From positions 7,936,001-8,000,000 of the forward strand of contig OX597814.1 in assembly GCA_951406725.2 (NCBI GenBank): a stretch of 64,000 nt of DNA, read 5' to 3'. Made by a program: the position numbers and the translations under genes. The notes under the pieces are model-generated. The model was not told the DNA's origin and did no database searches. It saw only the letters and a program-made list of their open reading frames with translations. Shown piece after piece: positions 38,016-51,699 of this stretch; positions within the stretch are counted from its first letter, which is position 1; every line of letters begins with the position of its first letter. Origin of the DNA: Octopus vulgaris. Taxonomy: Eukaryota.

Positions 38016-39082
38016 AATTTACTTGTACGAACATTTTGTGATAAAAGTTTATTATTATTATCTACAACAGACGACATAAAGAAACTTTTCAAAAGAAGAA
38101 AAAACCGAAATAATTTTTTTTATAGGAAATGAGGGTGAATGTAGGTTAGAGAAGATTTCACTTTCATTTTTGACACCTCCAGAGACTTTATCTGGTTTTC
38201 TCCAATGGTGGCCACTAGTTGGCATGTTTTTTCTTCAGTTTGTGTACGCACACACACTTGTTGACGTGTTTTTTCCACAAAAATTCAGCCTGTGTGTACA
38301 CACAGACTCACACACACATAATATAATATACATTTGTAGCAGATAGGGTGGGGGGAAGACAAGTTAAAGTTTGAAATGCTGGGATTTGAAACCGAATCCC
38401 CATTTTCCCAAAAGTCCCACACCTGTTATTCTCTCCTGTAACACTAGGAAATTTATGAAAGTATACTGACTTCTTAGATCTTTTCGAAGCAGCATCCATG
38501 GGTCACAAATATGATACAGAGGGAAAAGCCTTTGTATAGTTTCCCATAATTTAGTTAGGAATAATGTATATATACACTCAACCAAATCAGTTTTCCTTCT
38601 CTTTGGTCAGTGGGTGCTTACCGAAAGAGCCTCTAACTTTCCAATTTCAAGTATGGTGTATCAGGCACAACACAAACCTTACTCTTTCTATCTATCTATA
38701 TTCTATTAGCCTGTCTCTCTGCAGTGGTTACACACAGATGAAGATAACTAATATACATGATGGACAATACAAAATGGGCCATAGTGGCTAATAACAAGTG
38801 TATACAAACAATCCTACATTGTAACAAACGTAATAATCTTCTAGTACATATGTCACAGTATCTGTGCGTATATTGACTAATGCATACATTTCCGAAGTTT
38901 GCGACCGATTTTCTCCAAACTTAGCACACACATTTGTCATGTCCCAAGGATAGTTATGCACTATAACATTTTGTCCAGAACTCCCACGTAAATGGACATA
39001 TTTTTTGTATGTAGGGTCTTCCTTACTTTTTTAATCTTTATTATAAAAGTGAAAGGATTTTGTCTATTTACTTCTTTACTGT

Positions 39083-39550
39083 ACACGATGACCGAGACGC
39101 AAAGCTAAGAACATTTTTCTCTTTCTTCTCCCTAACGTTTTCAGTACTGACCGCTTGCTGTCGTGTTTAAATGATCTCATCGCTGACAACCTGTTGGTTT
39201 TTAGCTCCATCGTCCTTCGACCGACCTGGCAAGATTTGGATGCTGTTCTGTTTTCATGTAAATGTTTGGCTGTTCCAGAGCAACAGCCATGCCATCACCC
39301 ACGACAATGCTGCAAGCATGCTGGTATGCCTCAAAAGCCATCTCAGAGGCTTCCCAGCGCCCCTAACTTTTCAACCTAAGGTGGTGAATTGTTTTGGTTT
39401 TTCTTTTTATTCTGCCACACGATGACCGAGACGCAAAGCTAAGAACACTTTTCTCTTTCTTCTCCCTCTCTATTCCACTCCTAATATCTTAAATGTTTTC
39501 ACTACTGACAGCTTGCTGTCGTGTATAAATAATCTCATTGCTGACAACCT
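39083..39550 (+). repeat. ~110-bp direct repeat pair following a Helitron-like 5' end (TC at 39035)
   Basis: acacgatgaccgagacgcaaagctaagaac...gctgacaacct at about 39083 and 39417. Confidence 0.7.
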
Positions 39551-39744
39551 CTTAGAGATTTCGTTAAGTAAATTACTCGCTTCTACCTCCACTGCAGCAT
39601 GAATTTTGACCATCTTCTTTGTTTTTCCAGTTTTCTAATTATTGAGCATTATTGAAATAAAAGTGCTTATATAGCAGCAAAAAAAAAAAACGAAAAAAGA
39701 AATTTTAAAGATTTATCCAAGAAACCTTATTTAGCTGATATTTT

Positions 39745-41447
39745 GGATCTGTTCAGTTTCGCGCATGGATTTCTTAAATTTTTTAACTAAACAGTTTGAA
39801 ACTTCATATACTGGTGGAATTTCTCACCCATTACATGTGTAAGTAATACGATCGCACGTGGTCGCATTGTGTAGGAAATATGATCGCACGTGGTCGCATT
39901 CTTAACGAATTAAGATAAGCCATTAGTACAATTTTATACAATGCAGTGCCAACAGAATATAGATGAATTGACGACGAGCCGTTCCACTGTTTGAGAGATG
40001 ATATTATTTTATTTACAATGGTGTTAATGTTAGAAGGTTGTGAGGGCTAGCAAGCGTTGTGTATGTGTGCGTACAACACGTGTTTGTGTCTGTGTGTTCG
40101 TGTGTGTGACAGATACAATAAGGGTGAAAGCGTGTGGCATAGTAGGTACAGAGCATAGAGTTAATGGTGGAAATTGATTTACTGTTCATGAGGTACACGA
40201 AGTGTAAGAGTTCAATATCAAGATGTTGTGTCTCGGAGCTGAGATTAGTTGAATCACTTGTTGTGCTTATCTTTCTCTTGATATAGATATTCTTTCAGAT
40301 ATATATACTGCAACTGGTTTTCCGTGGTGAGATTTTCACCTAACAGCATGAGTTGAATCTGTAGTTATCTTGTGTACAAGTTAAATCTTCGTAGATAGAG
40401 ACAATGTTGGCGATGACGTTATGTCTGTCGCTTGGTTTACTATAGCGTCTTCATATCATGTTTTGCTTGGTTATTTTTCTCTTGATATAGATATTCTTTC
40501 AGATATATATACTGCAACTGTTTTTCCGTGGTGAGATTTTCACACTAACAGTATGAGTTGAATCTGTGAAGTTGGTGTGTACATGTCTGAAGTGGACGAT
40601 GGTGATGGCGACTTGAAGTTGGTACAATGATGGTGACGACGGCGGCGGAGATAGAAATTGGTTTTCTGTTGCGGGTGTACATTAGCGTCGTCGTGGCTGA
40701 TCGTCTGTCGCTGTGACTGGAACATGTTGAGTAAGCTCTGTGGTCAGAGGTTAGCCCTTATAAGGACTGGAACTAAAGACGCAAGTATACTGAAAACACT
40801 CCCTTATATACAAGTAAGGTGGCTCAACAGAGCCTAGGAAATGGGACCTTAACCAAAGGCCGTGATTGGTTGGCTTTGGCCAGTGGCGCGAAATAAGTAG
40901 AGAGACACACCGCGCTTAGATGCCAACCAATCAAAATAGTGGACACAACAGGGTTAAACTAGCCAAAGATGTTTGTAATCTCAAACGAGATCATTCTTAA
41001 TATTTCTCTCAAACGGTGAAGATAGCAATGAAGAAAACAATATTGCTACACATGCTTTACTTTGAACATTTTTGACAAAATTCCGTATTTTAGAAGTCAT
41101 TTCGTGTTAAAGTTGTCATATTTGGGTAACTCAGACCAATCAATGGCGTGTATTCAGTTGAAGAAAGCTACTGCTGTTTGCGATAAAACTGATAAAGGTG
41201 GCACCGTCTCCGCTCAACATACAAATAGAACAGAGCTGTGACATTTAGTAGAGATGACCCAGAAATTGTTCCTTTTCTACTACTATCGCAAATTTAATAT
41301 GAAATAACTTCCAAAATAGATAATTTTGTCAAATATGTTCAAAGTAAACCATGTTCTAGGTGAGAAATTCCACTGGTATACAAAGTTTCAAACTCTTTCG
41401 TTAAAATAGATTAATAAAAAAAATCTGAGCCAAATTCAGCTGATCCA
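39745..41447. mobile_element. Probable older TIR element related to 36407-38015
   Basis: ggatc..tttgaaacttcatatactggtggaatttctcacc is inverted at 41359-41447; internal ~100-bp direct repeat at about 40270 and 40477. TSD unclear. Confidence 0.55.
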
Positions 41448-41591
41448 TTATTTTTAGCACAAGACAATTGTATCTCTGCTAATTTTCTTTCATGTAAATA
41501 AATATTTACGTTAATTTAAAAGATTTTCCAAATTCGTTGTACATACATAGTTTATTTGTATGTAGGGCCTTCCATACTTTCTTCATATATA

Positions 41592-42269
41592 TCTCTTATT
41601 ATAAAAGGCAGATTTTATCTGCCTCCCTTTGTATCTTATAGAAATCTTCAATATAGGATTTCTTCAATTACAATTTACTTAGCATTTTAAAGAGTAGAAT
41701 GCATCGGGTCGTGCCAGGTCCAGTTTTTAAAATTTCAACCCCAATTAAGCAAAATTTAGAGAAAACTCACATTGTGGTGTCTGAGTCAAGTGCTTTTCTT
41801 AGTGCGGGCTATAGCATACGCACACACACACACACACACACACAAAGGGAGCGATCTGATTCACTCACGCTATCACTCTCATTTCTACGACTTTCTCTTT
41901 GCAAGTTTGCAACGATTAAACTGAAAGTATTTCTATAAAACGGATCACTCATGCTATCAACATAATTTCTCCCACTTTCTCTTTGCAAGTGTACCTTAAA
42001 CCATTACTCAAAAAAAAACACAGCAAACAGAAACAAATAAAGACATAACGATTTACTCCTCACACAATTTCTTCAATTAGAGTTTACCTGTGATTTTTCA
42101 AAGTAATTCCATTCGCTCATGCCATACAAAATTTCTTTCAATTTCACCCCCAGTTAAGACAAAATTCGAGAAAACTCAATATTTTAACTTTTCACTCCCA
42201 CTTCCTCTTTACACACATAGACACGCTAATATATACGACAGTGTCAATTGTTGACAGACATTGTAAGCT

Positions 42270-42309
<40 letters not shown>

Positions 42310-42560
42310 TGTGTGTGTGTACTGTGTGTGCGTGTGTGTCTGTGCGTGTGTGTCTGTGTGTGTGTTTGATGGGTTGTGCGACACAGAAAGTGTGGTGTGT
42401 AAGTGAAGTGCTTTTGGTAGTGTGTGTAAAGAGACAGAGAGAGTGAAAGACAGAGATAACTGAACTTTTTTATTCACTTTTTGTAGTGAGTGACTGAGAG
42501 AGAAAAGAGAGAGAGAGGTTATGTATGTATATATGTATGTATGGCTTCAGTGACACACAC
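41592..42560 (+). mobile_element. Helitron-like 5' portion
   Basis: A|TCtcttattataaaaggcag start; internal segment 42480-42550 is shared with 27835-27895 (minus) and with 1-65. Confidence 0.5.
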
Positions 42561-43512
42561 ACACACAAAAACACATACCTACGTACACCTAAAGCACGCA
42601 CACACACACACAAGCGGAGCGCGAACTTCAAAATTTTGGTAGTATTAATTCGCGAGCGTACTTCTAAGCGCGCGTAATTAAAAGTTTTCACTATGATATC
42701 ATCACGTGCGAAAAAATTCGAAGGGTTTTGAACAATTGAGATACAGATGTCACGCCTGTATTGAAACCATTGCTAAGCTGCCGTTATTGCTTAATTAAGA
42801 CTTTGTTTAAATTGAAAGGTGAAAATATGTGACGAGGTTGAAAAAAAATACCCCAGAAAAAAAAATGTACTGCTGGTATTTATATAATTCACTACTATTT
42901 TGCTACAATGTCATGAAAAAGAAAAAAATTAAGGTATGTACAACATATATTATACATTTTTTCTATTCATTCAATTCATTCAACGAAAATAAAAAAATCG
43001 AATTCGCCACCCCCTTTTCCCCGTTCGCGTTTGTGTAAAAAAAAATTATTATTTAAGTTTTAAAAATTATTTACTTTGTTCAAAAAATATTAATATTAAT
43101 TAATTTTCAAGAATTATTTAATTTATATAATTAATTCATTAATTTTATTCTGTAAAATAGTAATTAATTCATTTATCTGTAAATCCGCGAGGTTGTTACT
43201 CAGGCACCTAGAAATAGCAGCCAGATTTTTATATTCTAAATAATTTGCAATTTCAAAAAATATATTAATTTTGCGTTATTTAATTTGATAAATTCTACGG
43301 AATAATTTTGCGCGTTATATACGTTCGCGTTTCTGTAAAAAAAAGTAATTATTTAAGGGCGATCGAGTATCGAGTACCTACGTCTAGCTCGCGCGCACGC
43401 GCGAATCCGCGTATGCGCAACCGGGACCACTCTGCGATACAAGTACCCATATATACATCCATACATACATGTGTGTGTGTGTCTATGTATGTGTATTAAT
43501 GTGTGTGTGTTA

Positions 43513-43870
43513 TCTCTATATAAAGCTGAAGTTGTCTGTGTGCGCCACGTTTGGTAACCTTCAACTAACACTATCTCCTCCGAGACCCTGCGGCGCAAGT
43601 TGACCAAAATTGAGAGTATGATAGAAGAAGGGTTGCTCTTCCTTCCGCTGAACATAAAATTCAAATCGGACCATGTTAACACCAAAAATTATTTATATCA
43701 AAAAGCTGCTTTTTTCTATGAAAATCCCTATTTTTTACGATTTTTTCACTGCTGTGTCGCCACTTTTCGGTGTATTTCGACCAGATAAATGTTCACAAAA
43801 TTTTTACTTTTCAAAATTACAATTCCAGCGGGTCGAAACAAACCCGAGCAACGCCGGGCGATACTGCTAG
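43513..43870 (+). mobile_element. Short non-autonomous Helitron (358 bp)
   Basis: A|TCtctatataaag ... cccgagcaacgccggg hairpin, gatactgCTAG|T. Confidence 0.88.
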
Positions 43871-44424
43871 TATGTATATATATTGACATTAGAGAATATT
43901 TTTGACTGTGATTAAACTGACTAGGAACATTGTACGTGATGAATATCCAATACTAATCTTAATCTCCATATATAAGCTGCATTAAACTGAGGCAAGCTTA
44001 CATTTACCCATTCTGTGTTACTTGAAAGGTGACGTTCTTTTTCCTCTCTTCTATTTGTTAATAAGTTTGTTTACCTACTACTGTATTGTTTCACTTGAAG
44101 AATGCTTATTTACCCATCCATTATAATATTTCGACTGTTGTCCATTGTCTCAAATATGTTTTAGCATCGTCATTCTAGCCTTATTTAAACAATCACATTT
44201 GATTCGCCCCAAAGAATCAACCTTTAAATAAGAGTTTTGCTTTCACTAGAGGTCCTGTACACTGTTGAAAAGAGCTGCAATTACTCCAGGGCTGCGTGAA
44301 ACTTATCGAGAGCGTGCTGCTACAGCAACGACCATAGAAAGCCCACAAAAGAGTGCTCTCTGTCAGGCACACAACACTGCATCCAATTCTGCCATCAGAG
44401 CCTCAGGAGAGTGCGCTATCCGTC

Positions 44425-47197
44425 TGTAGTGATCCTATACAACAGTGCGCGCGCGCACCGTCCTTTTCTCTTTCGCGCGTGCGGGGTTGTGCTTTCACCA
44501 AGGCAGAGGGAAGAGCCCTCTCGCGCATGCGCAGAGACCGGAAGAAGGGATTTGATGATGTGGCAGTTAGCCGATAGGCAAGGGAGCGTAAAAACCTTGA
44601 CCAACTAGGCGTCCAGAGACAAGCAGCAGTAAGCAGCGACTTGAGGCATAGCGATCGAAGGTTGCAGACCACATTATCTTCGCACTCTCCGGACGCCATT
44701 TTGACCAGCTCTGTTTTAGCGGCTGAACATTGTAAATCTTACAGCGTTAAAGTTCAGCCTTGCACATCAAGAACCAAGGGATACCAGATACACCACTTAT
44801 TTCGTTCTGTGGATAAGAGAATAAAGTATATATATATTTTACGTTTGCGTCTTGTGTTTCTGACTGGTAGAATCTGGAAAGTAAAGCAACGGAAATCGTG
44901 ATTGCACCAATTGCACCCTGAAAGTGAAAAAGCTAACTCGTCGTCATCACCATCGTCGTCTTTCAACTTCACGTCGTCTCCATCTTCGTCGTCAGCACCA
45001 CTAACTAAGCAACAATGTGTCTCAAGTCCATCACTGTCGCCTTCAACACCGTCGACATCAACAATACTACATAGCAACTCGCGGAAGTTCAGCTTACACG
45101 CTGTTCGTGTATACACACCAGGATTAACAGCACAGCACTACCTGCGAGATCTTCTGTACCAATTTAACCTGTCACAGCATTGAAGCCATAACCGCTACAC
45201 GACATGTGTTCAACCGGCATCTGCATTTGTGATCTCAACATTCTGTTACAGAACGAACTGCTATTATGTATCATGCTATTACGAACTGGTAAATTAACTC
45301 CATCTTGTATGAAATACCCTGAGAGACTTTTCCTATGCGCTGTATTTTATTTTGTCCGCATTTACCTTGTTGTACTTCTGTCGCACACACGTACACACAC
45401 AAATGCTATCTCTGTCACATTCATACGTCACACATGCCTTTCTCGCTTGTTTTTACATGCTCAATTTTGCCTTTGTAGACACAACTCATCTCTGTAAGAC
45501 TCTAGGTCGGTCACGTATACATAGAGAAAGTTGTTTGTCCCTTACAACGCGCCAGCATGCCACACTTTTGTTTCCTGCACGACCGAGGCATATAATCGCT
45601 CAAGCACTGGCTGGCAGCCTCAGCCTTACTACATTAACCACTGGCATATTCATTGCTGTGTTTCAGCCTAGCAAGCCCTATTGCACTCATGCACCTGTTC
45701 TGCACGTGTACTGCCTTGTTTTGCAACACGTCTACGTCAGCTCAATTCTTTTCCCGACTCAAAGAACGTCGGATGTTCACTTGCGCTGCGCCCATGTTTA
45801 GGCGTAATTTCACCCTGTTAGACCCCTGTTGGTCACGTAATTAACAGAGAAAATTATCTGTCTCGCGCATCACTCCAGCATGCTTACGCTGTCACCTTTG
45901 CTAACCTTACACTTTCAGCTGAAGCACTGTCTGCCTTTTGTGTTACTAGCGATCTATCTGCCAGTTCCATTTCCTCTTCTGCAGCAATTGACTTAACTGC
46001 TATTTCGCAGGATCAACCACCTTTAGAGGAGTTGGATTTAACTTCGCCTAAGTTTATAAACTGTAAGTTTGCCTACCTTCCGCTCCCTTCAGCGGAAGGC
46101 TCTATACTTTGTGACGTATCCACCGGTTCTCCTAGACCGTTAGTACCTGAGAAACATCAACGTTCTGTGTTTGATGCTCTTCATTCACTGTCACATCCAG
46201 GTATCTCTGCCACAGTAAAGCTTGTTACTGCTCGGTTCTTTTGGCCCAATATGCGACGATCGATTACCTCTTGGGCACGCTCTTGTTTGAAGTGCCAGAG
46301 TGCTGGGGTCCGTGGACACATTCGATCTCCACTTGGACAGTTTTCTTCTCCTGAAGCCCGTTTTCGCCATGTTCACCTTGATTTGGTTGGACCATGGCCT
46401 GTGAGTCGCGGGTTCTCATATATATTTAACTTCATCGATCATTTCTCACGTTGGCCGGAAGCTATTCTTATTCACGCATGCACCTTTGATTTTGCTCATT
46501 TTGAGTATTTTTTCTCTTTTTTCCTTTTCGTGAATTTCTTGTGTATATTGTAAATTCTGCCATTTTGTTATATTGTGTGGTATTTGGTTATCTGGTATCC
46601 ACCTTGAGTTTTTATAGACACTACAAGGAATTTTGTTCGTGCTTAGGCACTGGGGGGGGGGGGGAGCTTTGTAGCGATCCTATACAACAGTGCGCGCGCG
46701 CACCGTCCTTTTCTCTTTCGCGCGTGCGGGGTTGTGCTTTCACCAAGGCAGAGGGGAAGAGCCCTCTCGCGCATGCGCAGAGACCGGAAGAAGGGATTTG
46801 ATGATGTGGCAGTTAGCCGATAGGCAAGGGAGCGTAAAAACCTTGACCAACTAGGCGTCCAGAGACAAGCAGCAGTAAGCAGCGACTTGAGGCATAGCGA
46901 TCGAAGGTTGCAGACCACATTATCTTCGCTCTCTCCGGACGCCATTTTGACCAGCTCTGTTTTAGCGGCTGACCATTGTAAATCTTACAGCGTTAAAGTT
47001 CAGCCTTGCACATCAAGAACCAAGGGATACCAGATACACCCCTTATTTCGTTCTGTGGATAAGAGAATAAAGTATATATATATTTTACGTTTGCGTCTTG
47101 TGTTTCTGACTGGTAGAATCTGGAAAGTAAAGCAACGGAAATCGTGATTGCACCAATTGCACCCTGAAAGTGCAAAAGCTAACTCGTTCCCGTTACA
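44425..47197 (+). mobile_element. Internally deleted Gypsy LTR retrotransposon, 4-bp TSD CGTC
   Basis: LTRs at 44425-44941 (3' tip missing) and 46670-47197, near-identical; poly-G PPT at 46652-46666. Confidence 0.93.
46032..46475 (+). pseudogene. Gypsy integrase fragment
   Basis: HSLSHPG..CLKCQ zinc-binding domain, RFRHVHLDLVGP, DHFSRWPEA. Confidence 0.88.
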
Positions 47198-48330
47198 CGT
47201 CAGACTCACAACGATGCATACACTTCTGCCATGAGGGCCTAAGAAGCCTCAGAAGAGGGTGCTATCCATTGGGCACATAATTCTTCGTTCACTTCTGCCA
47301 TGAGGGCCTAAGAAACCTCAGAAGAGAGTGCTATCTGTCGGGCTCACAACGCTGCATTCACTTTTGCTATGAGGGCATTAGAAGCCTCAGAAGAGAGTGC
47401 TACCGTCGGGATAACATCGCTGCATCCACACCTGCCAAGAGGGCCTAAGAAGCCTCAGAAGATAGTGCTATCCATTCGCCACATAATACTGCATCCACCT
47501 CTGACATGTGTGCCTAAGAAGCCTAAGAAGAGGGTGCTATCCGTCGGGCACACATCGCGGCATACACTTCTGCCATTAGGGCGTAAGAAGCCACAGAAGA
47601 GAGTGGTATCCATCGGGAACACAATGTTGCATCCACTTCTGCCATGAAGGGCGAAGAAGCCTTAGAGGAGAGTGCTAAACGTTGGCCACACAATGGTGCA
47701 TTCACTTTTGCCATAAGGATCTAAGATGCCTCAGACGAGAATGCTATCCTTCGGGCACACAACAATGCATCCACTTCTGCCATGAGGGCCGAAGAAACCT
47801 CAGAAGATAGTGCTATCCGTCGTGCACACAACGATGCATCTAATTCCGCCATGAACCTATGAAACCTCAGAATAGAGTGCTATCCTTCATGCACGCAATT
47901 CTGCATCCACTTTTGCCATGAGGATCTAAGAAGCCGGAGAAGGGAGTGCTATCTGTCGTCCACACAACGATGCATCCCCTTCTGCCATGTGGAGGTAAGA
48001 AGCCTTAGCAGAGAGTGCTATCCTTCTTCCACACTACGATGCATCCACTTCTGCCATGAGGGCCGAAGAAGCCTCAGAAGATAGTGCTATTCGTCTTGCA
48101 CACATCGATGCATAACCTTCTGTCATGTGGACGTAAGAAGCCTCAGAAGGGAGTGCTATCCGTCGTCCACAACTATGCGTCCATTTGTGCCATGAGGACA
48201 TAAGAAACCTTAGAAGCGAGTGCTATCCCTCGTGCACACAACGATGCATCCACTTCTGCCATGAACCTATGAAGCCTCTGATGGGAGTACTATCCGTCGG
48301 GCACACAATGCTGCATCCACTTTTGCCATG

Positions 48331-51065
48331 TCGTCAGCATAGAGGAGCTCCCAGGGGCATCCTGTCTTGAACCCCTCCGTTATTGCCTGGAGGATTATGA
48401 TAAATAGGAGGGGGCTAAGGACTGAACCTTGGTGGACCCCTACCTCTACCCTGAATTCTTCAGTGTACTCGTTGCCAACCCTTACCTTATATACAGCGTC
48501 CCTGTACATGGCTTGCACATCTCTCATTAACCATTCATCTATCCCTAGTTTCCTCATTGACCACCAGATAAGTGATCAGGGGACCCTGTCAAAGGCTTTC
48601 TCCAAGTCAACGAAAGTCAGGTACAGAGGTTTATCTTTGGCTAGGTATTTCTCCTGCAACTGTCTTACCAGAAATATAGCATCTGCGGTGCTTTTCCCTG
48701 GCACGAAACCAAGCTGCATCTCATCCAAGCTGACTCTCTCCCTAATCAGTTGGGCTATGACCCTCTCTGTGACTTTCATTACCTGATCCAACAACTTGAT
48801 ACCTCTGTAATTATTCGCATCTAAAGCGTCACCTTTACCTTTGTAGCAGTTGACTATTATGCTGCTATACCAGTCATTGACTTGAAGTTGAACTTGAGAC
48901 AACATTCACCCGGGGTGGGTTGAGCTGGCTTCATTCATCCTCAATGCTGCATCTCTCACAAACGCCGACCAGGCCTGGCGATTTGAGGCTAACGACCGCG
49001 TGATCTTCAACCACTCCTTATTCCAGCAGCGAACGCCGTAGATATGGGGGCCTAGGTTGGGTTTCAGATGAGCCTTGACTGTCATCAGCCATGTTTTTCG
49101 TTGTCCACCACATCGCTTTTGCCAACCCTGAAGGGGAGCTGGGGCAATTGCTTCGTAGATGAATTCTCCTGGAGAATCGTTTGCACTAGTGCTTGGTAGA
49201 TCCGTACTTTGGTGGTGCGTCGGATCTCAGATCTTGACCAGAGTCGTGCATTGAGTCGGTTGAAGGCTTGGCAAGCGAGGTCGATTCGTGTATTAATGTC
49301 AGCCTCACCTTGACCTGTGGCTGTAATGATGGCGCCAAGGTATTAGAAACTCTCAACTTCTTCAAGAATATCACCATTGAGGACAATGGGTGTTTTGTCT
49401 GGTGGGGCGAAGCCGGCTGTGAGGATTTTGGTCTTCAAGGCCTTGACTTTCATACCAATCTGCGATGCAACACGCTGGGGCTCATTGATAGCAAACTGGA
49501 CGTCAGCTAATGTTTCGCCAAGTATCGCAATGTCATCTGCGTAGCTTAGATCCTTGACTGAAAAGTTGTGACCAACAGTGATACCGGGGAACTCCCTTAA
49601 TGCATTTGTGGTGATCTAGTCGATGGCGTAATTGAAAAGAGTTGGCGAAAGAACACATCCTTGCCGAACCCCAGACCGTATTTCGAAGGGTTCCGACACT
49701 TCACCGTCCACGCGTAGGCGGGATCGTGTTATGTGGTAATAAGCTTTGATAAGATTGAGAAGTTTAGGTGGGATACCATCTGCCTGAAGACCTTCCAGGG
49801 GGTGTCACGATCGACAGAGTTGAATGCAACAGCAAAATCAACAAAGCAGATGACTGTTTTTTGCTGAAAGCACCAATGGTGTTCGAGGATTCGTCTTAGG
49901 GTGAAGATTTGATCGGTGCAACCTCGACTTGGACGGAAACCACACTGGTTTGGTCTTGTTCTAGAGTCATGTTCTGATTGGAATCGTCTCAGAAGAAAGA
50001 AGGTATGACTCCTTCGTGTATCACCTGGTTAACTATACGGGTGACTAGGCTATAGCTGACACTGCCAGATATTTTGAGCATCTCTGCAGTAATTCCTGAT
50101 GGGCTGGGGGCTTTCCCTGCCTTCATACTTTCTATTGCTTTATCTACCAAGGTACTGTCAACTCGGATAGCTGGTCCCTCTGTTGGGTCGACATTCAGCA
50201 GACTCTCTTTATCCCATTCATTCTCTTTATTCAGCAACCTTTCATAGTGGTATCTCCAAACCTCTCTCTTTGCATCCTCATTCAGCACAAGTGAACCATC
50301 ATCCATGCGAACACATTTCTTTCCTACCACATCACGATTCTCTCTCACACACTGTCTTGCAACACGAAATACCTCAAGTCTTTCGTCCTCACGGCACAGA
50401 ATATTGGCAAATTTTTTCTTATCTGCTTCCCCTCTGGCTAAATAAACCTGCCTCCTAACTTCTATTCTAGCAGTCTGATACAATTCCCTGCTACCACCAT
50501 TCTTCCAGTCCTTCCAAGCCTGTTTCTTTTCTCTAATAGCCCTGTCTACAACATTGTTCAACCACCACGTTATTTTGGGTCAGGAGGGGACTTTGCACCA
50601 TCCACAGTCCTGGTCCTGCATGTTGTCCCGTAGAAACCTCCAGTTGTCTTCCACATTATGTGAAGCTATATCCCCTTCTATTTTGTCAAAGGCTTCGAGT
50701 AATATGTCTCTAAATCTCTGTCCATTTTCAGGATCTTTAAGTCTCCAGACCCTTCTTCTCCTTGCTGGTCGTTTTCTGGGCATCCATTTAGCCCTGATCC
50801 TCAAGTCACTGACTACCAGTCTATGTTGTGGGGTACATTCTTCACCAGGGAAGGTTTTGGCATTTATAAGCAGCCATCTTTCCCTTTTCCTGGCAAGGAT
50901 GTAGTCAATTTGGCTAGTATGTCGGCCCGATCGGTAGGTGACTAGGTGACTAGAAGATTTCCTGAAGTTAGCATTGCAAACCATAAGATCATTTGCATCC
51001 CAGAAGTCCAGCAGTCTGGTTCCCTCCTCGTTGCGGGAACCATAACCATAGCCTCCATGTACGCC
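48331..51065 (-). mobile_element. RTE LINE fragment (same family as 3300-7109), split by a second LINE
   Basis: ORFs 48267-48905 and 49989-51077 match the RT ORF; break falls at the GVIP|NDW position. Confidence 0.9.
48880..50000 (-). mobile_element. Nested 5'-truncated RTE/BovB-like LINE
   Basis: GFRPSR, GVRQGCVLSPTLFN and LSYADDIA on the minus strand. Confidence 0.8.
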
Positions 51066-51487
51066 GAATAATGACATACATACATGATGTCTGCCAATTT
51101 GTGTTCGAGTATTGTCATCGCCTGAACGAAATTCCTACATATGTGATGCTCGTACATAACTGTTCAGTCCAGCCAAAGATCTAAATTCTTTATGACACTG
51201 TTGGTAAGTGTGAATGACATTGGATCTCTTTTGCGATTCATCCTTGCTGTGCATATTCATATGGCGCTTGAGTTCTCATGAGGAGGCACACTCCTTTCTA
51301 CAAACCTTCCCATTTCATACTCAGTGTAGCTGGCAACCGCTTTTTTAAGATGACTGCATTGATGGCCTTTCAATCCCACCAAACTGAGGCAAATATGCCC
51401 ACAGTCATTATAAATCCCTTCATTTCTTCAAGGAAATTCTGATAATGGCTAAGGGTATCCTTTCCTAGAATTTCTTTTATTTTTCAG

Positions 51488-51695
51488 ATACATACATACA
51501 CATATGCATACGTGCATACATACATACACTCATACATACATACATACATAATACATTTGTACATGCATACATCATACATATATACATACATACAAAAGTA
51601 CATACATACATACAAACGTACATATATACATACAAATTTACATACATAGCATACATACATACAAACGTACATACATACTTACATACTTGCATGTA
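51488..51695. repeat. (TACA)n microsatellite
   Basis: Imperfect catacata run. Confidence 0.9.
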
Positions 51696-51699
51696 TGCA

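Larger units (their letters stand above)
35777..38230 (+). repeat. Third partial copy of 25610-26430, interrupted by a TIR element
   Basis: 35777-36406 and 38016-38230 are colinear with 25610-26430. Confidence 0.88.
44295..48330 (+). repeat. 69-bp (23-codon) tandem array, ~17-18 units, split by an LTR element; decayed STPR-like coding repeat
   Basis: Units start at 47243, 47312, etc. The consensus translates as E(T/A)SEESAIRRAHNDASTSAMRAx. Array occupies about 44335-44424 and 47198-48330. Confidence 0.8.

Noticed and set aside
42590-43440. CpG-rich patches as a host promoter
   Set aside because: No linked exon; short patches within probable transposon sequence.
47198-48330. CRISPR array, or the listed ORF 47369-47647 as a gene
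   Set aside because: Whole-unit tandem repeat with no unique spacers; the listed ORF drifts between frames of the decayed repeat.
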